Source of the DNA: an uncultured bacterium
Lineage (GTDB): Bacteria > Margulisbacteria > WOR-1 > JAKLHX01
Reading direction: 5' to 3'
DNA length: 64,000 nucleotides
NCBI GenBank assembly: GCA_964597815.1
Contig: CAZQZN010000001.1
Span: forward strand, 151,965 to 215,964
The notes beneath the pieces were generated by a model. The model saw nothing but the letters and a program-made list of their open reading frames with translations. It did no database searches and was not told the DNA's origin. Shown here in pieces: positions 1-9,928 of the stretch (its first letter is position 1; each line of letters begins with the position of its first letter). Made by a program: the position numbers and the translations under genes.

Positions 1-721
1 GTATGAAGAAAGGCATTATAGGTTTTACTCTATAAGCGAGGATCTTGTCAGTTTCAGGGTAATTTATGGTGAAACAGATTTATTTATAAGCTGTGAAAAG
101 AATCTCAAAGATATTGCAGAAAAAGCACTAAAGGAAAACAGAATAGAGTTAAACAAATATATCAGCAAAAATCCAAATTTTGAAACTTCATTAGTTCCAA
201 TTTCTTATGATCTTTTTGCTCCTAAGATAGCGAAAGTTATGATCAAAGATTCTTCACTCTTAAAAGTTGGACCTATGGCATCAGTTGCAGGGGCAATAGC
301 TGACTTTGTTGGTAAAGAGTTGTTAAAATATAGCGATCAAGTAATTGTTGAAAATGGGGGAGATATTTTTATTAAAACCAGAATTCAAAGAAAAGCCGGT
401 GTTTTCGCAGGGAATTCTCCATTTTCAGAAAAAGTAGCATTAATAATCGAACCAGATGAAACCCCTCTTGGCTTATGCACTTCTTCAGGAACAGTAGGTC
501 ATTCTTTAAGTTTTGGAAATGCCGATGCGGTTGTAATTAAGGCTGCTACTGCTTCATTGGCTGATGCCGCTGCAACTGCTGTTTGCAATGAAATAAAAAG
601 CAAAAATGATATTGAACCGGTTATAAAAAAGTTTTCTAAGCGAGATTTTATCAAAGGTATTTTGATAATCAAAGATGATGTTATGGCAATTTCTGGGCAA
701 ATGGTTATAGAAAAAATTTGA
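1..721 (+). CDS. Conserved hypothetical protein, 5'-truncated by the window edge (possibly ApbE-like/UPF0280 superfamily; the family assignment is tentative)
   Basis: The reading frame stays open from nt 2 through the first Met at 239 with no stop, so the gene starts upstream of the window. The translation looks like a globular, conserved protein (GPMASVAGAIADFVGKELL, Gly/Ala-rich core). Confidence 0.55.
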   Translation, partial: YEERHYRFYSISEDLVSFRVIYGETDLFISCEKNLKDIAEKALKENRIELNKYISKNPNFETSLVPISYDLFAPKIAKVMIKDSSLLKVGPMASVAGAIADFVGKELLKYSDQVIVENGGDIFIKTRIQRKAGVFAGNSPFSEKVALIIEPDETPLGLCTSSGTVGHSLSFGNADAVVIKAATASLADAAATAVCNEIKSKNDIEPVIKKFSKRDFIKGILIIKDDVMAISGQMVIEKI

Positions 722-775
722 CATTTATTGACATAAATCAGCTTTTTGATAAAATTACTTATAAAGGAGAAATTT

Positions 776-1465
776 ATGAGAAAAGTTTTCGTGTTTATTC
801 TTATTTCTGCTCTTGCATTTTGTTCTTTTGGGGATTTATATGCTGCCCCAAAAAAAACAAAAAATAGGAAGATTGTAAAACCGGCACCGAAAAAATTGGA
901 ACCGCAAAGAAATTTCCCATTTTTGCCAAAAACTTTTGTCCCTATGCCAGCACCTGTTAGAGTTGCTCCACCTCCAAAACCAGTAGTTGTACCTGTCAAA
1001 CAAAAACCTGCCTTTGCTGATCTTGGGTTAAAGACAGGATTAAATGCAGGAGTTTTTGCTGTTGGCGTGGATTTTGATTATCCAATGCCAAATTTATCGC
1101 GTGGATTTGCTGCAAGAATAAGCGCTGGATATTTAAGTGGCAATAATCCAAACTCAAGCGCTTCAATTGACAACCCCATGAAAGCTGGGGTTATAAAGTT
1201 TGGCGCAATCTATAACTTGGTTGGTAATAGAATTTTTTCTTTGCCATTAAACTGGTATTTTGGAGCTTCTTACTTGTTGCCAGTGGCTGTTAATAATTCA
1301 AGAAGTGGTGGCTGGGGAATTGAAGCAATAATTGGTGCAAAGTTTAATGGGAATGTTCCTGGCAAATTATATATTGAAACAGGATATAGTGGCTTAAAAT
1401 ATTCTCTTGATACACCTGCGTTAAAAGGGATAAATGCTACAATTGGTTATTGCTATACTTTCTAA
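776..1465 (+). CDS. Secreted or outer-membrane protein: signal peptide, Pro-rich linker, beta-rich C-terminal domain ending in an aromatic residue (YTF)
   Basis: AGGAG RBS 6 nt upstream of the ATG at 776. N-terminus MRKVFVFILISALAFCSFG is a signal peptide. The PxP-rich linker is PMPAPVRVAPPPKPVVVPVKQKP. The C-terminal F is typical of OMP barrels. The ORF track's earlier start at 746 lacks an RBS. Confidence 0.6.
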   Translation: MRKVFVFILISALAFCSFGDLYAAPKKTKNRKIVKPAPKKLEPQRNFPFLPKTFVPMPAPVRVAPPPKPVVVPVKQKPAFADLGLKTGLNAGVFAVGVDFDYPMPNLSRGFAARISAGYLSGNNPNSSASIDNPMKAGVIKFGAIYNLVGNRIFSLPLNWYFGASYLLPVAVNNSRSGGWGIEAIIGAKFNGNVPGKLYIETGYSGLKYSLDTPALKGINATIGYCYTF

Positions 1466-1498
1466 CATCGGCGCAAAACTTTTGATTGTTTAATTCCC

Positions 1499-2707
1499 TT
1501 GCAATTTACTTGGCTTTTTTTTGCCTTGTTATTATATAATTATGTTATAGTGAAAAGCAAGGTTTTAGCATTATTTTTCTTATTCATCATATCTTACTCT
1601 TTTTTATTTTCCAATTCTGTGTTGGCTCAGGAAGCACAAGATGAATTAATGAAAAAAAAAGAAGAACTAAACAAAATTTATGAAGAATTGGAACGGAACA
1701 AAAACAGGCTTGAAAAGACAAAAAGAGAGCAAAAAAATGTAATACAACAATTATACATAATTACAAAAAATTTGAAAAAGACTGAACTTCAGCTAAGTTT
1801 GGCTGAGCAAAAAAGACAAGAAAACGAACGAAAGTTAAATCTTCTAAAATCCTCCCTTGATGAAACGAAAAAGAAATTTCTAATGCGAAGCGATCTTTTA
1901 AAATCCAGAGTAAAAGAAGCTTATAAATCTGGTGGAGTGAACTATCTTCAATTATTTTTATCTTCTGATTCTATCGGAAATTTCATAAATAAGACATATT
2001 TTTTTGAAAAAATTCTTGGAAGAGACATTCGTTTGGCGGATGAAATTTCCAAAGAGCATGAGAAGATTGCGCAAAAAAAGAATCAGGTGGAAAACACAAC
2101 CAATGAAATCATAAAACTTTCTTCATATATTCAATACAAAAAGAAAACTATTGAACAGCAGGCACAGGAAAAGAAGAAAATAAATGAACTTTTGGAAGCA
2201 AAAAGGATTGATTATGAAAGAAAGGTTGAGGAGCTTGAAAGAATATCGAAAGAAATTGAAAAACACATACAAAAACTTGCCGCTGAAAGAGCTGCAAAAG
2301 GCATAGTTATCAAAGGTGGTACAGGTAAATTTATTTGGCCTCTACAAGGGAGAATAACATCAAGATATGGATATAGGAGAAGCCCTTTTTCGGCCAGAAG
2401 GCAGTTTCATACTGGAGTTGATATCGCTAATTCTTACGGGTCACCAATTAAAGCTGCTGATGGGGGACAAGTTATTTTTGCCGGTTGGTGGGGTGGGTAT
2501 GGTAAAGCGGTAATTATTGACCACGGGAAGGGATTTTCAACTGTGTATGGCCACATGTCAAGAATTTATGTTCAACAGGATGAACAAGTAAGTCAAGGCC
2601 AAGTGATTGGTCTTGTTGGAAGTACTGGTTATTCCACAGGGCCACATTTGCACTTTGAAGTTAGAAAAAATGGAGAAACTCAGGATCCTTTGAAATGGTT
2701 GATGTAA
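1499..2707 (+). CDS. M23 family metallopeptidase with a long N-terminal coiled-coil (EnvC-like murein hydrolase/activator)
   Basis: C-terminal HTGVDIA...DHGKGFSTVYGHMS...GPHLHFEV shows the HxxxD and HxH zinc motifs intact. The N-terminal roughly 250 aa are K/E-rich heptad coiled coil. A signal-like hydrophobic stretch follows a possible GTG start at 1550. Confidence 0.85.
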   Translation: MQFTWLFFALLLYNYVIVKSKVLALFFLFIISYSFLFSNSVLAQEAQDELMKKKEELNKIYEELERNKNRLEKTKREQKNVIQQLYIITKNLKKTELQLSLAEQKRQENERKLNLLKSSLDETKKKFLMRSDLLKSRVKEAYKSGGVNYLQLFLSSDSIGNFINKTYFFEKILGRDIRLADEISKEHEKIAQKKNQVENTTNEIIKLSSYIQYKKKTIEQQAQEKKKINELLEAKRIDYERKVEELERISKEIEKHIQKLAAERAAKGIVIKGGTGKFIWPLQGRITSRYGYRRSPFSARRQFHTGVDIANSYGSPIKAADGGQVIFAGWWGGYGKAVIIDHGKGFSTVYGHMSRIYVQQDEQVSQGQVIGLVGSTGYSTGPHLHFEVRKNGETQDPLKWLM

Positions 2708-2723
2708 AATAAAATATATTGAA

Positions 2724-3938
2724 ATGAGGGGAAAAATGAAAAAATATATTCCAAATCTTGCTTGGGTCTTTTTGCTTTTATTTATTTGTGTGGTTGGATA
2801 TCAATCTGTTTCTGCAATAACTGGGTTAAAAGAAAAATTGCAGGTATTTATGCAGGTTTTGGAATATGTAAAAAATGACTATGTAGAAAAAAATGTTGAT
2901 GACCAAAAATTGGTTTATGGCGCGATAAAAGGAATGCTAGATTCGCTTGACGATCCATACACAAGGTTTATGGAGCCAAAACCGTTTAAAGAAATGCAGA
3001 TGAGGATGAAGGGTTCTTATTCTGGAATCGGCATTTATATTGGAATGAAAAACAAAGTATTAACAGTAATAGCTCCAATTCCAGATACTCCGGCGGCAAA
3101 AGCGGGATTAAAATCCGGAGATAAAATTATAACTATTGATGACAAACCGACAAAGGATATGGGATTGGAAGAAGCGGTTAGTATGATAAGAGGCAAAAAA
3201 GGAACAGTTGTAAAGTTAGGGATAATTAAACGCGGAGAAAACGAAAAGAGAGATTTTTCAATTATAAGGGATACAATTGTTGTAAAAAGTGTTGAATACA
3301 AGACTATTGACAAAAACATTGGTTATATTAAATTAATTACTTTTGAAAACTTAAATTCTGCAAATGAAATGAGGAAGGCTATCAAAGCTTTAAAAAATTT
3401 AGGGTGTAAAGCTTTAATTATTGATGTCAGGAACAATGGAGGAGGACTTTTGTCAAATGCCACTGAAATAGCCAGTATGTTTCTTAAAAGCGGAGAGCCA
3501 ATAGTATATACTGTTGATAGAGAAGGCAGAAAAGAAGTTATTGAGTCAAGCGGAGAAAATATCTGGCAGGGACCAATAGTTATGCTGATAAATGAAGGCA
3601 GTGCAAGTGCTTCGGAAATTTTGGCTGGTGCTCTCAGGGACAACAATTATGCCACTCTTGTGGGATATCATACTTTTGGTAAAGCTTCAGTTCAAAGCGT
3701 AAGGCAATTATATGATGGCTCTGCTTTGTTGTTGACTGTTGCAAAATATTTGACGCCTGATGGAAGAGATATTTCTAAAACAGGTATTAATCCAGATATT
3801 GAAGTAAAAACTGGAAAAGAAAAAGATAACAAAGGGGCCTCAATCAATGATAAAGAGGATGAGATTGTTTTTCCTGATGAGGATGCAAAAGATATTCAGC
3901 TTGAGAAAGCAAAAGAATATATAAAGACAAAGATATAA
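2724..3938 (+). CDS. ctpA: Carboxyl-terminal processing protease (S41, CtpA/Prc-like) with PDZ domain
   Basis: Signal peptide, PDZ-like GIGIYIGMKNKVLTVIAPIPDTPAAKAGLKSGDKIITID, and S41 catalytic region LINEGSASASEILAGAL. An alternative ATG lies at 2736. Confidence 0.88.
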   Translation: MRGKMKKYIPNLAWVFLLLFICVVGYQSVSAITGLKEKLQVFMQVLEYVKNDYVEKNVDDQKLVYGAIKGMLDSLDDPYTRFMEPKPFKEMQMRMKGSYSGIGIYIGMKNKVLTVIAPIPDTPAAKAGLKSGDKIITIDDKPTKDMGLEEAVSMIRGKKGTVVKLGIIKRGENEKRDFSIIRDTIVVKSVEYKTIDKNIGYIKLITFENLNSANEMRKAIKALKNLGCKALIIDVRNNGGGLLSNATEIASMFLKSGEPIVYTVDREGRKEVIESSGENIWQGPIVMLINEGSASASEILAGALRDNNYATLVGYHTFGKASVQSVRQLYDGSALLLTVAKYLTPDGRDISKTGINPDIEVKTGKEKDNKGASINDKEDEIVFPDEDAKDIQLEKAKEYIKTKI

Positions 3939-4999
3939 TGTTTGACAGATTAGATAATATCAATTCATACAAAGAGATTGATCCAAACGGAATGGCTGAT
4001 TTAATTTCCAAATTTCCGGAAATGATGGTTGATGCTTCAAAAATTTCCAGTGATGTTTTATTTGATTTTTTGGACAAACCAAAAAACATAGTTTTTTGTG
4101 GAATGGGTGGATCAGCTATAAGCGCTGATATTGCCTCTGTTATTTTGTCAAAATTTGGAGATATTCCTTCTTCTGTTGTAAGGGGTTATAACTTACCACA
4201 TTTTGTAAATACTGATTCTTTGGTAATAATACTTAGTTATTCTGGAAACACTGAAGAAACTCTTTCATGCTATTATCAAGCATTAAATAGAACAAAAAAT
4301 ATTGTTGTTATTTCTTCTGGCGGCAAGGTTTTAGATCTGGCGATTGCAAACAAAAATGTTTTATTTAAAATTCCAAAAGGATTGCCTCCAAGAGCGTCAA
4401 TGCCTTATTTATTGATACCAATAATTTTTGTTATTAACAAGTTCTTCATTGAAGCAAAATTACTTGATCAAGTAAATGAGGCATATAAAACGCTTGTGGA
4501 GTTGAAAGAGAAAATAGGAGTTAATATTCCTTTAAAAGACAACCTTGCAAAACAAATTTCCTCAAAAATTGCGGATAAGATTATCTATATTTTTGGCTCT
4601 GAAGGCGGAAGCGATGTGGCGGCATATAGATTTAAATGCCAATTAAGTGAAAACAGCAAAAAAAATTCTTTCAACAATTCTTTCCCAGAGCTAAATCACA
4701 ATGAAATTGTAAATCTTTCTTTTTACAATCAACAAAATATAACAGCAATTCTTTTAAGAGATTCTAATGAAAGCAAACAAATGCAAAATAGGATTGAAGC
4801 GACGAAAAAAATACTTTCGAAAAGCAAGATAGAAATTGCTGAAATTTATTCAGCAGGGCAATCTTTGCTTTCAAAAATTTTATCACTTTGTTATTTTGGT
4901 GATTATGTTAGTTTGTATTTGTCGATTTTATCTGGCATTGATCCGATGCCAGTTAAACCAATCGATGAGCTCAAAGAAGAGTTAGAGAAAAGAAAATGA
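3938..4999 (+). CDS. Bifunctional phosphoglucose/phosphomannose isomerase (SIS-domain PGI/PMI family)
   Basis: SIS motif CGMGGSAISADIAS and a second SIS-like half. It overlaps the ctpA stop by 1 nt. Confidence 0.75.
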   Translation: MFDRLDNINSYKEIDPNGMADLISKFPEMMVDASKISSDVLFDFLDKPKNIVFCGMGGSAISADIASVILSKFGDIPSSVVRGYNLPHFVNTDSLVIILSYSGNTEETLSCYYQALNRTKNIVVISSGGKVLDLAIANKNVLFKIPKGLPPRASMPYLLIPIIFVINKFFIEAKLLDQVNEAYKTLVELKEKIGVNIPLKDNLAKQISSKIADKIIYIFGSEGGSDVAAYRFKCQLSENSKKNSFNNSFPELNHNEIVNLSFYNQQNITAILLRDSNESKQMQNRIEATKKILSKSKIEIAEIYSAGQSLLSKILSLCYFGDYVSLYLSILSGIDPMPVKPIDELKEELEKRK

Positions 5000-6054
5000 A
5001 AGCTGTATTAATCGCTGGTGGTTTTGGTACTAGATTAAGGCCTTTGACATATAACAGGCCAAAACCAATAGTCCCAGTTGTGAATAGGCCATTTGTTTTG
5101 CATCAGATAGAACTGCTAAAGAAATATGGAATCTATGAAATCATTCTAAATGTTCATTATTTGCCGAAAAGTATGGAGCTTGTTCTTGGAGACGGCAAGG
5201 AATGGGGTGTTAAACTCTATTATTCAATAGAAAAAGAACCGCTTGGCACAGCTGGGGCGGTCAAAAACGCTGAAAAATATTTTGATGAAGAGCCGTTAGT
5301 AGTTTTTAACGGAGATATTTTGACAAATATTGATATTAAAGATTTGATTGAATTCCATAAAAAGTCAAAATCTGTAGCAACTATCGCTTTAACAGAGGTT
5401 GATGACCCAACGCATTATGGACTTGTTATTACTGATAAAGATGGAAAAGTTAAAAAGTTTTTAGAAAAGCCAAGTTGGCAGGAAGTAACCACAAACAAAA
5501 TAAACGCTGGGGTTTATATTTTGGAACCGCGCATATTTAGTTATGTCCCTAAAAACGCTTTTTTTTCTTTTGAAAGAGATCTTTTCCCATTGCTTTTAGA
5601 AAAAAATGAAAATATGTATGCCAAAGTTTCAAGCTCTTATTGGCTTGATATTGGCAGTCCCAAAAAATATTTGCAAGCGCACAAAGATATTTTAAATCAG
5701 GAGATTAAAGTAAATATCGAAGGGGAAAACAAAGGCGACCAAATTTGGATCCACCCATCAGCTCAGATAAACGAGAGCGCAAAGTTAAAAGGGCCGTTAG
5801 TAATTGGCAAAAACGCAAAAGTTGAAAAAGCCAGCATAAAAAATTTTTCTGTAATTGGAGAAAAAGTTTCTATTGATGACGGAGTGATAATTGAAGATAC
5901 AGTTATTTTACGAAACTCAAAAATTGGAAAGGATGTTAAGTTAAAAAACTGTATAATAGGCGAAAATTGCATAATTGAAGATTTTGTTGGGATGTTATAT
6001 GGAATTGTTTTAGCTGATTATTCAATTGTAAAAAAAGGTTCAAGGCTTATATGA
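4996..6054 (+). CDS. Mannose-1-phosphate guanylyltransferase / NDP-sugar pyrophosphorylase with C-terminal left-handed beta-helix
   Basis: N-terminus MKAVLIAGGFGTRLRPLTYNRPKPIVPV is the nucleotidyltransferase G-loop. C-terminal hexapeptide repeats are present. Confidence 0.85.
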   Translation: MKAVLIAGGFGTRLRPLTYNRPKPIVPVVNRPFVLHQIELLKKYGIYEIILNVHYLPKSMELVLGDGKEWGVKLYYSIEKEPLGTAGAVKNAEKYFDEEPLVVFNGDILTNIDIKDLIEFHKKSKSVATIALTEVDDPTHYGLVITDKDGKVKKFLEKPSWQEVTTNKINAGVYILEPRIFSYVPKNAFFSFERDLFPLLLEKNENMYAKVSSSYWLDIGSPKKYLQAHKDILNQEIKVNIEGENKGDQIWIHPSAQINESAKLKGPLVIGKNAKVEKASIKNFSVIGEKVSIDDGVIIEDTVILRNSKIGKDVKLKNCIIGENCIIEDFVGMLYGIVLADYSIVKKGSRLI

Positions 6055-7244
6055 AAACATCTGAAATTGAGAAAACTGTAAAAAAAATAATTGATGATGT
6101 CAAAAAGAACAAAGATAAGGCACTGATAAAATATTGCAATAAATTTGACAAAGTTAATTTCAAATCTCCAAAAGACCTGATTGTAAGTCAGGAAGAAATT
6201 GATAAAGCACACAAAAATGTTGAAGAAGATTTTTTGCGTGCTTTAAGAAAGTCGATAGAAAATATAAGATTTTATCATGAAAAGCAAAAACCTGAAAATT
6301 GGTTTGAAACTTTTGATGATGAATCGATTATTGGTTTGAGAAGCGTTCCATTAGATAGTGTTGGTGTTTATGTCCCCGGTGGAAGAGCGGCTTATCCATC
6401 TTCTGTTTTGATGAATATTATTCCTGCCCAGATTGCCAAAGTAAAACAAATTGTTGTTGTTACTCCTCCTGACAGAAACGGAGTTGTAAATAAATATGTA
6501 TTGGCTGCTATAAAAGAATTGGGCATAGAAAAAGTTTTTAAAGTTGGTGGTAGCCAAGCTATTGCAGCCCTTGCTTTTGGCACAAGAACAATACCAAAAG
6601 TCAACAAAATTGTTGGACCGGGCAACATATTTGTCACTGTTGCCAAAAAGTTATTGTATGGCATTGTGGGTATTGATAAGTTAGCTGGACCAAGCGATGT
6701 TGTAATTATTGCAGATGAGTTTGCGGATGTAAGGTTTGTTGCTTATGATATGGCTTCCCAAGCAGAGCACGATCCAAGTTCAAAGGCAATTTTAATTACT
6801 AATTCAAAAGATATTGAACGTGATGTTAAGAATCAGATTAAAAAGATTGGCTTTTCAAAAAACTGTAAAACCATTTTAGTCAGAGATTTAGATCAGGCAG
6901 TTGAAGTATCTAATGAAATTGCACCCGAACATTTAGAACTTATGGTAGCTGTGCCGCAAAAACTGCTTGAAAAAGTTAAAAATGCTGGTGCTGTGTTTTT
7001 AGGCCCCTATTCACCAGTTACAGTTGGTGATTATATTGCAGGACCTAATCATGTTTTACCAACTGATGGAACGGCAAAATTTTCTTCTCCTTTAAGCGTA
7101 TATGATTTTGTAAAAATGCAAAGCGTTGTTGGTTACACAAAGGCCTCTCTTCAAAAATATGGCAAAGATATTATTACTCTTGCTAAAACTGAAGGTTTTA
7201 ATTTTCATGCAAAATCAGTCGAAGAAAGATTTAGATCAGTTTGA
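6051..7244 (+). CDS. hisD: Histidinol dehydrogenase
   Basis: The SQAEHD motif and overall HisD-length collinearity. The start overlaps the upstream stop by 4 nt. Confidence 0.88.
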   Translation: MKTSEIEKTVKKIIDDVKKNKDKALIKYCNKFDKVNFKSPKDLIVSQEEIDKAHKNVEEDFLRALRKSIENIRFYHEKQKPENWFETFDDESIIGLRSVPLDSVGVYVPGGRAAYPSSVLMNIIPAQIAKVKQIVVVTPPDRNGVVNKYVLAAIKELGIEKVFKVGGSQAIAALAFGTRTIPKVNKIVGPGNIFVTVAKKLLYGIVGIDKLAGPSDVVIIADEFADVRFVAYDMASQAEHDPSSKAILITNSKDIERDVKNQIKKIGFSKNCKTILVRDLDQAVEVSNEIAPEHLELMVAVPQKLLEKVKNAGAVFLGPYSPVTVGDYIAGPNHVLPTDGTAKFSSPLSVYDFVKMQSVVGYTKASLQKYGKDIITLAKTEGFNFHAKSVEERFRSV

Positions 7245-7911
7245 TCCCGATTTTTTTAAGCAATTTCCTTGGATTTTCAACAACAGCTTTTATTGCCTCT
7301 TCTTCCGGCAAACCGCATAACAAAGCCAATTTTAAGGCCTCTTCTTGTGTAATTAAATCATTTGGCCCATGAGCATCTGTGTTTACAATAAGATTTGCTC
7401 CAGTTTTTAAAGCAATTTTTGCTACATGAAGATTGGTTTCTTTATGTGCCGGTTTTGCAGAAAGTTCTAGATATACATCATTTTTTTTTGCTAACAACGC
7501 TTCTTCTTCAGTTATGTATCCGGGATGAGCCAAAATGTTTATTAATCCTTTGTTTGACACAGCAGCAAAGTTGGTGCCCTTTGCAACTGGCTCAGAAGGA
7601 GTTTCTCCATGGCATATGATAAGTTTTGCTCCAAAATTTTTTGCATCTTGTGCTATTTTTTTTATGAGATGAGGTTGAACGTGTGTTATTTCAACTCCAA
7701 GAACAAATTTTAATTTAAAGTGTCTTGCCTGTTTTTTATTGAAATCTTTTAAGGCGGATAAAACGAATTTTAAGTTTGAATAATCAACATGATCAGTTAT
7801 TGCAATTGCTTCAAAAGAAAGCGTTTCTGCGTACCTTAAAAGTTCTGATGGGAGCAACATCCCATCACTATGCAATGAATGTGTATGTAGATCTATCCTT
7901 TTAGCTTCCAT
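7231..7911 (-). CDS. PHP-domain metal-dependent phosphoesterase (HisK-type histidinol-phosphatase-like)
   Basis: IDLHTHSLHSDG at the N-terminus, internal GVEITH, and TDAHGPNDL near the C-terminus form the PHP His/Asp motif set. Confidence 0.75.
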   Translation of the reverse strand: MEAKRIDLHTHSLHSDGMLLPSELLRYAETLSFEAIAITDHVDYSNLKFVLSALKDFNKKQARHFKLKFVLGVEITHVQPHLIKKIAQDAKNFGAKLIICHGETPSEPVAKGTNFAAVSNKGLINILAHPGYITEEEALLAKKNDVYLELSAKPAHKETNLHVAKIALKTGANLIVNTDAHGPNDLITQEEALKLALLCGLPEEEAIKAVVENPRKLLKKIGIKLI

Positions 7912-7949
7912 TATAAGAGAATAATATCATATAATTTAGTATTGTAATC

Positions 7950-9311
7950 ATGGAAATTGGCGATGAAATTATTTTAAATGTTGAAGATATAACAGCTTCT
8001 TCACAAGGGGTAGGCAATTTTAATGGTTTAAAAATTTTTGTTGATAATGCATTGCCGGGAGAAAGAATTAAAGCAAAAATACTATCCATCAAAAAAAACT
8101 ATATTATTGCTGAAATCAATGAAATAATTGAAAAGTCCCCTTTCAGAGTTGACCCTGTTTGCAGCCATTTTGAAAAATGTGGGGCTTGTCAATTTCTGCA
8201 TATAAACTATGATGCTCAACTTAAAATAAAGACAAAAATTGTTAAAGATGCGCTTAAAAAAATTTCCGGTTTTGGACAGGATCTTGTAAAGGATATTGTC
8301 AAATCACCAAAGCAATTTGGTTATCGAAACAAGATGCAATATCCTCTAAAAAAAATAAAAGGCAAAATTTGTCTTGGTTATTACAGAAAGAAATCTCATC
8401 AAATAATTGACATATTGAATTGTTGTGTTCTTCCTGAAACTCTAAATCTGATAGCCAGCTCTTTGAGGAAGGCATTAAACGAACTAAATTTTTCGATTTA
8501 TGACGAAGATACCCAAAAGGGATTGTTAAGACACTTGCTTGGCAGATATGCGTTTGCCACTGGTGAAAGTGCTATTACGTTTGTCATCAATGATAAAATT
8601 TTTCATGGTTCAAATAGGCTGATTGACACTTTTTTTTCTAATCTTGATAGTTCCATAAAAATAAAAAACATTTCATACAATATCAACTTAAGAAAAACAA
8701 ATGTCATTCTTGGAAACGTCACAAAGGTCATTGTTGGCAATGAGTACATTTATGAATTTTTAGGCAAATTAAAATTTGCTATTTCACCAGCATCGTTTTT
8801 TCAAATAAATCCTTTTCAGGCAAAAAACGTTTTTGATAAGGTTTGTGAGCACTGCAAAAATTTTGGAAGAGCGACAATTTTTGATCTTTACTGTGGTGTT
8901 GGCACAATATCGCTTTGGGTAAGTGATTTTGCTGAGCGGGTGTTTGGAATCGAAGAGATTGAAAGCGCAATTTCTGACGCAAAGAAAAACGCAAAATTAA
9001 ACAACAAGAGAAATGTTTATTTTAGAGTTGGAACAGTTGAGAAACAGCTGCAAAAAATTATCTTAACGAAAAACAATCCAAGCATAGTGGTATTAGATCC
9101 TCCAAGAAGCGGTTGTTCAAGAGAAGTCATCACAAAAGTATTTGATTTTTTGCCGGATAGAATTGTTTATGTTTCTTGTGATCCCGCAACTTTAGCAAGA
9201 GATATTAAAATCTTATCTATTAAATATGACTTAAAAGAAGTTCAGCCTTTTGACATGTTTCCACAAACAGGACATATTGAATGTGTGGCATTATTAGACA
9301 AAAAAAACTAA
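7950..9311 (+). CDS. rlmD: 23S rRNA (uracil-C5)-methyltransferase RlmD/RumA family (TRAM + 4Fe-4S + SAM MTase)
   Basis: TRAM-like N-terminus; Cys cluster CSHFEKCGACQF; SAM-binding DLYCGVGTISL; C-terminal catalytic VVLDPPRSGC. Confidence 0.85.
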   Translation: MEIGDEIILNVEDITASSQGVGNFNGLKIFVDNALPGERIKAKILSIKKNYIIAEINEIIEKSPFRVDPVCSHFEKCGACQFLHINYDAQLKIKTKIVKDALKKISGFGQDLVKDIVKSPKQFGYRNKMQYPLKKIKGKICLGYYRKKSHQIIDILNCCVLPETLNLIASSLRKALNELNFSIYDEDTQKGLLRHLLGRYAFATGESAITFVINDKIFHGSNRLIDTFFSNLDSSIKIKNISYNINLRKTNVILGNVTKVIVGNEYIYEFLGKLKFAISPASFFQINPFQAKNVFDKVCEHCKNFGRATIFDLYCGVGTISLWVSDFAERVFGIEEIESAISDAKKNAKLNNKRNVYFRVGTVEKQLQKIILTKNNPSIVVLDPPRSGCSREVITKVFDFLPDRIVYVSCDPATLARDIKILSIKYDLKEVQPFDMFPQTGHIECVALLDKKN

Positions 9312-9904
9312 TCAAAGAGTTTGTATTGTTTTATTTCAGGAAACCATAATTTTACATCGTCTTCAGAAAATCCAATGGAATCAAAAAGTGGTTTGTTTTT
9401 TTTCAAAAGTTCTACTGCTTCTTTATATTTTTCTTTTCTTGTTAATGCCTTTACATCATCAATCAATTTACTGAATTTTTCAAAATTTAATATGCTTTTT
9501 TTTATTTCTTCAGGATCATTTCCAACTCTTATTATTAAATCCTTATTCTCTTCGACTAATTCAATCGCTTTATCAAATTTACCTTCCTCAATAAATTTAT
9601 CAATCTCCCTTAAAACTTTATTTTGGTTGATAGCATCTTTGACTTTTAATTTTAACTCTTCAATATTAAATCCTGATTTCTCAAGAAGATCTTTATTTTC
9701 ATCGATAAAATCAAAAGCTTTTTGCACGTTTAGAGTATTTGCAATCTCTTCAAATTTTTCCAAAAATTCGTCGATAGTTTTTATCTTTGGAGCAGTGTCT
9801 TGAGGCTCAACATTTTCCCTTAAAATTGGTAAAGGAGGCTTTTTATCTCTGGTGTTATTTTTGCTCAAATAAATTCTTGACGAGCTGATTGAGTTTATAT
9901 ACAT
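9308..9904 (-). CDS. Hypothetical acidic helical protein with three tandem ~36-aa repeats
   Basis: The repeats are FDFIDENKDLLEKSGFNIEELK, AIELVEENKDLIIRVGNDPEEIK and AVELLKKNKPLFDSIGFSEDDVK. It lies in-operon downstream of miaA. Confidence 0.5.
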   Translation of the reverse strand: MYINSISSSRIYLSKNNTRDKKPPLPILRENVEPQDTAPKIKTIDEFLEKFEEIANTLNVQKAFDFIDENKDLLEKSGFNIEELKLKVKDAINQNKVLREIDKFIEEGKFDKAIELVEENKDLIIRVGNDPEEIKKSILNFEKFSKLIDDVKALTRKEKYKEAVELLKKNKPLFDSIGFSEDDVKLWFPEIKQYKLFD

Positions 9905-9928
9905 AACACTTATTTATCGAACAGAACT

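Noticed and set aside
499-999. 166-aa minus-strand ORF, along with many other antisense ORFs in the track (for example 3035-3646, 15550-15828, 37353-38342, 43474-43860, 56388-56960)
   Set aside because: They lie antisense to well-supported conserved genes. Their translations are low-complexity or Gly/Ala/Ser-biased mirror images of the sense frame, and they have no RBS or family motifs.
9321-9803. 160-aa plus-strand ORF
   Set aside because: It is the shadow of the minus-strand repeat protein at 9308-9904. Its Ser/Phe-rich low-complexity translation is typical of antisense K/E-rich genes.
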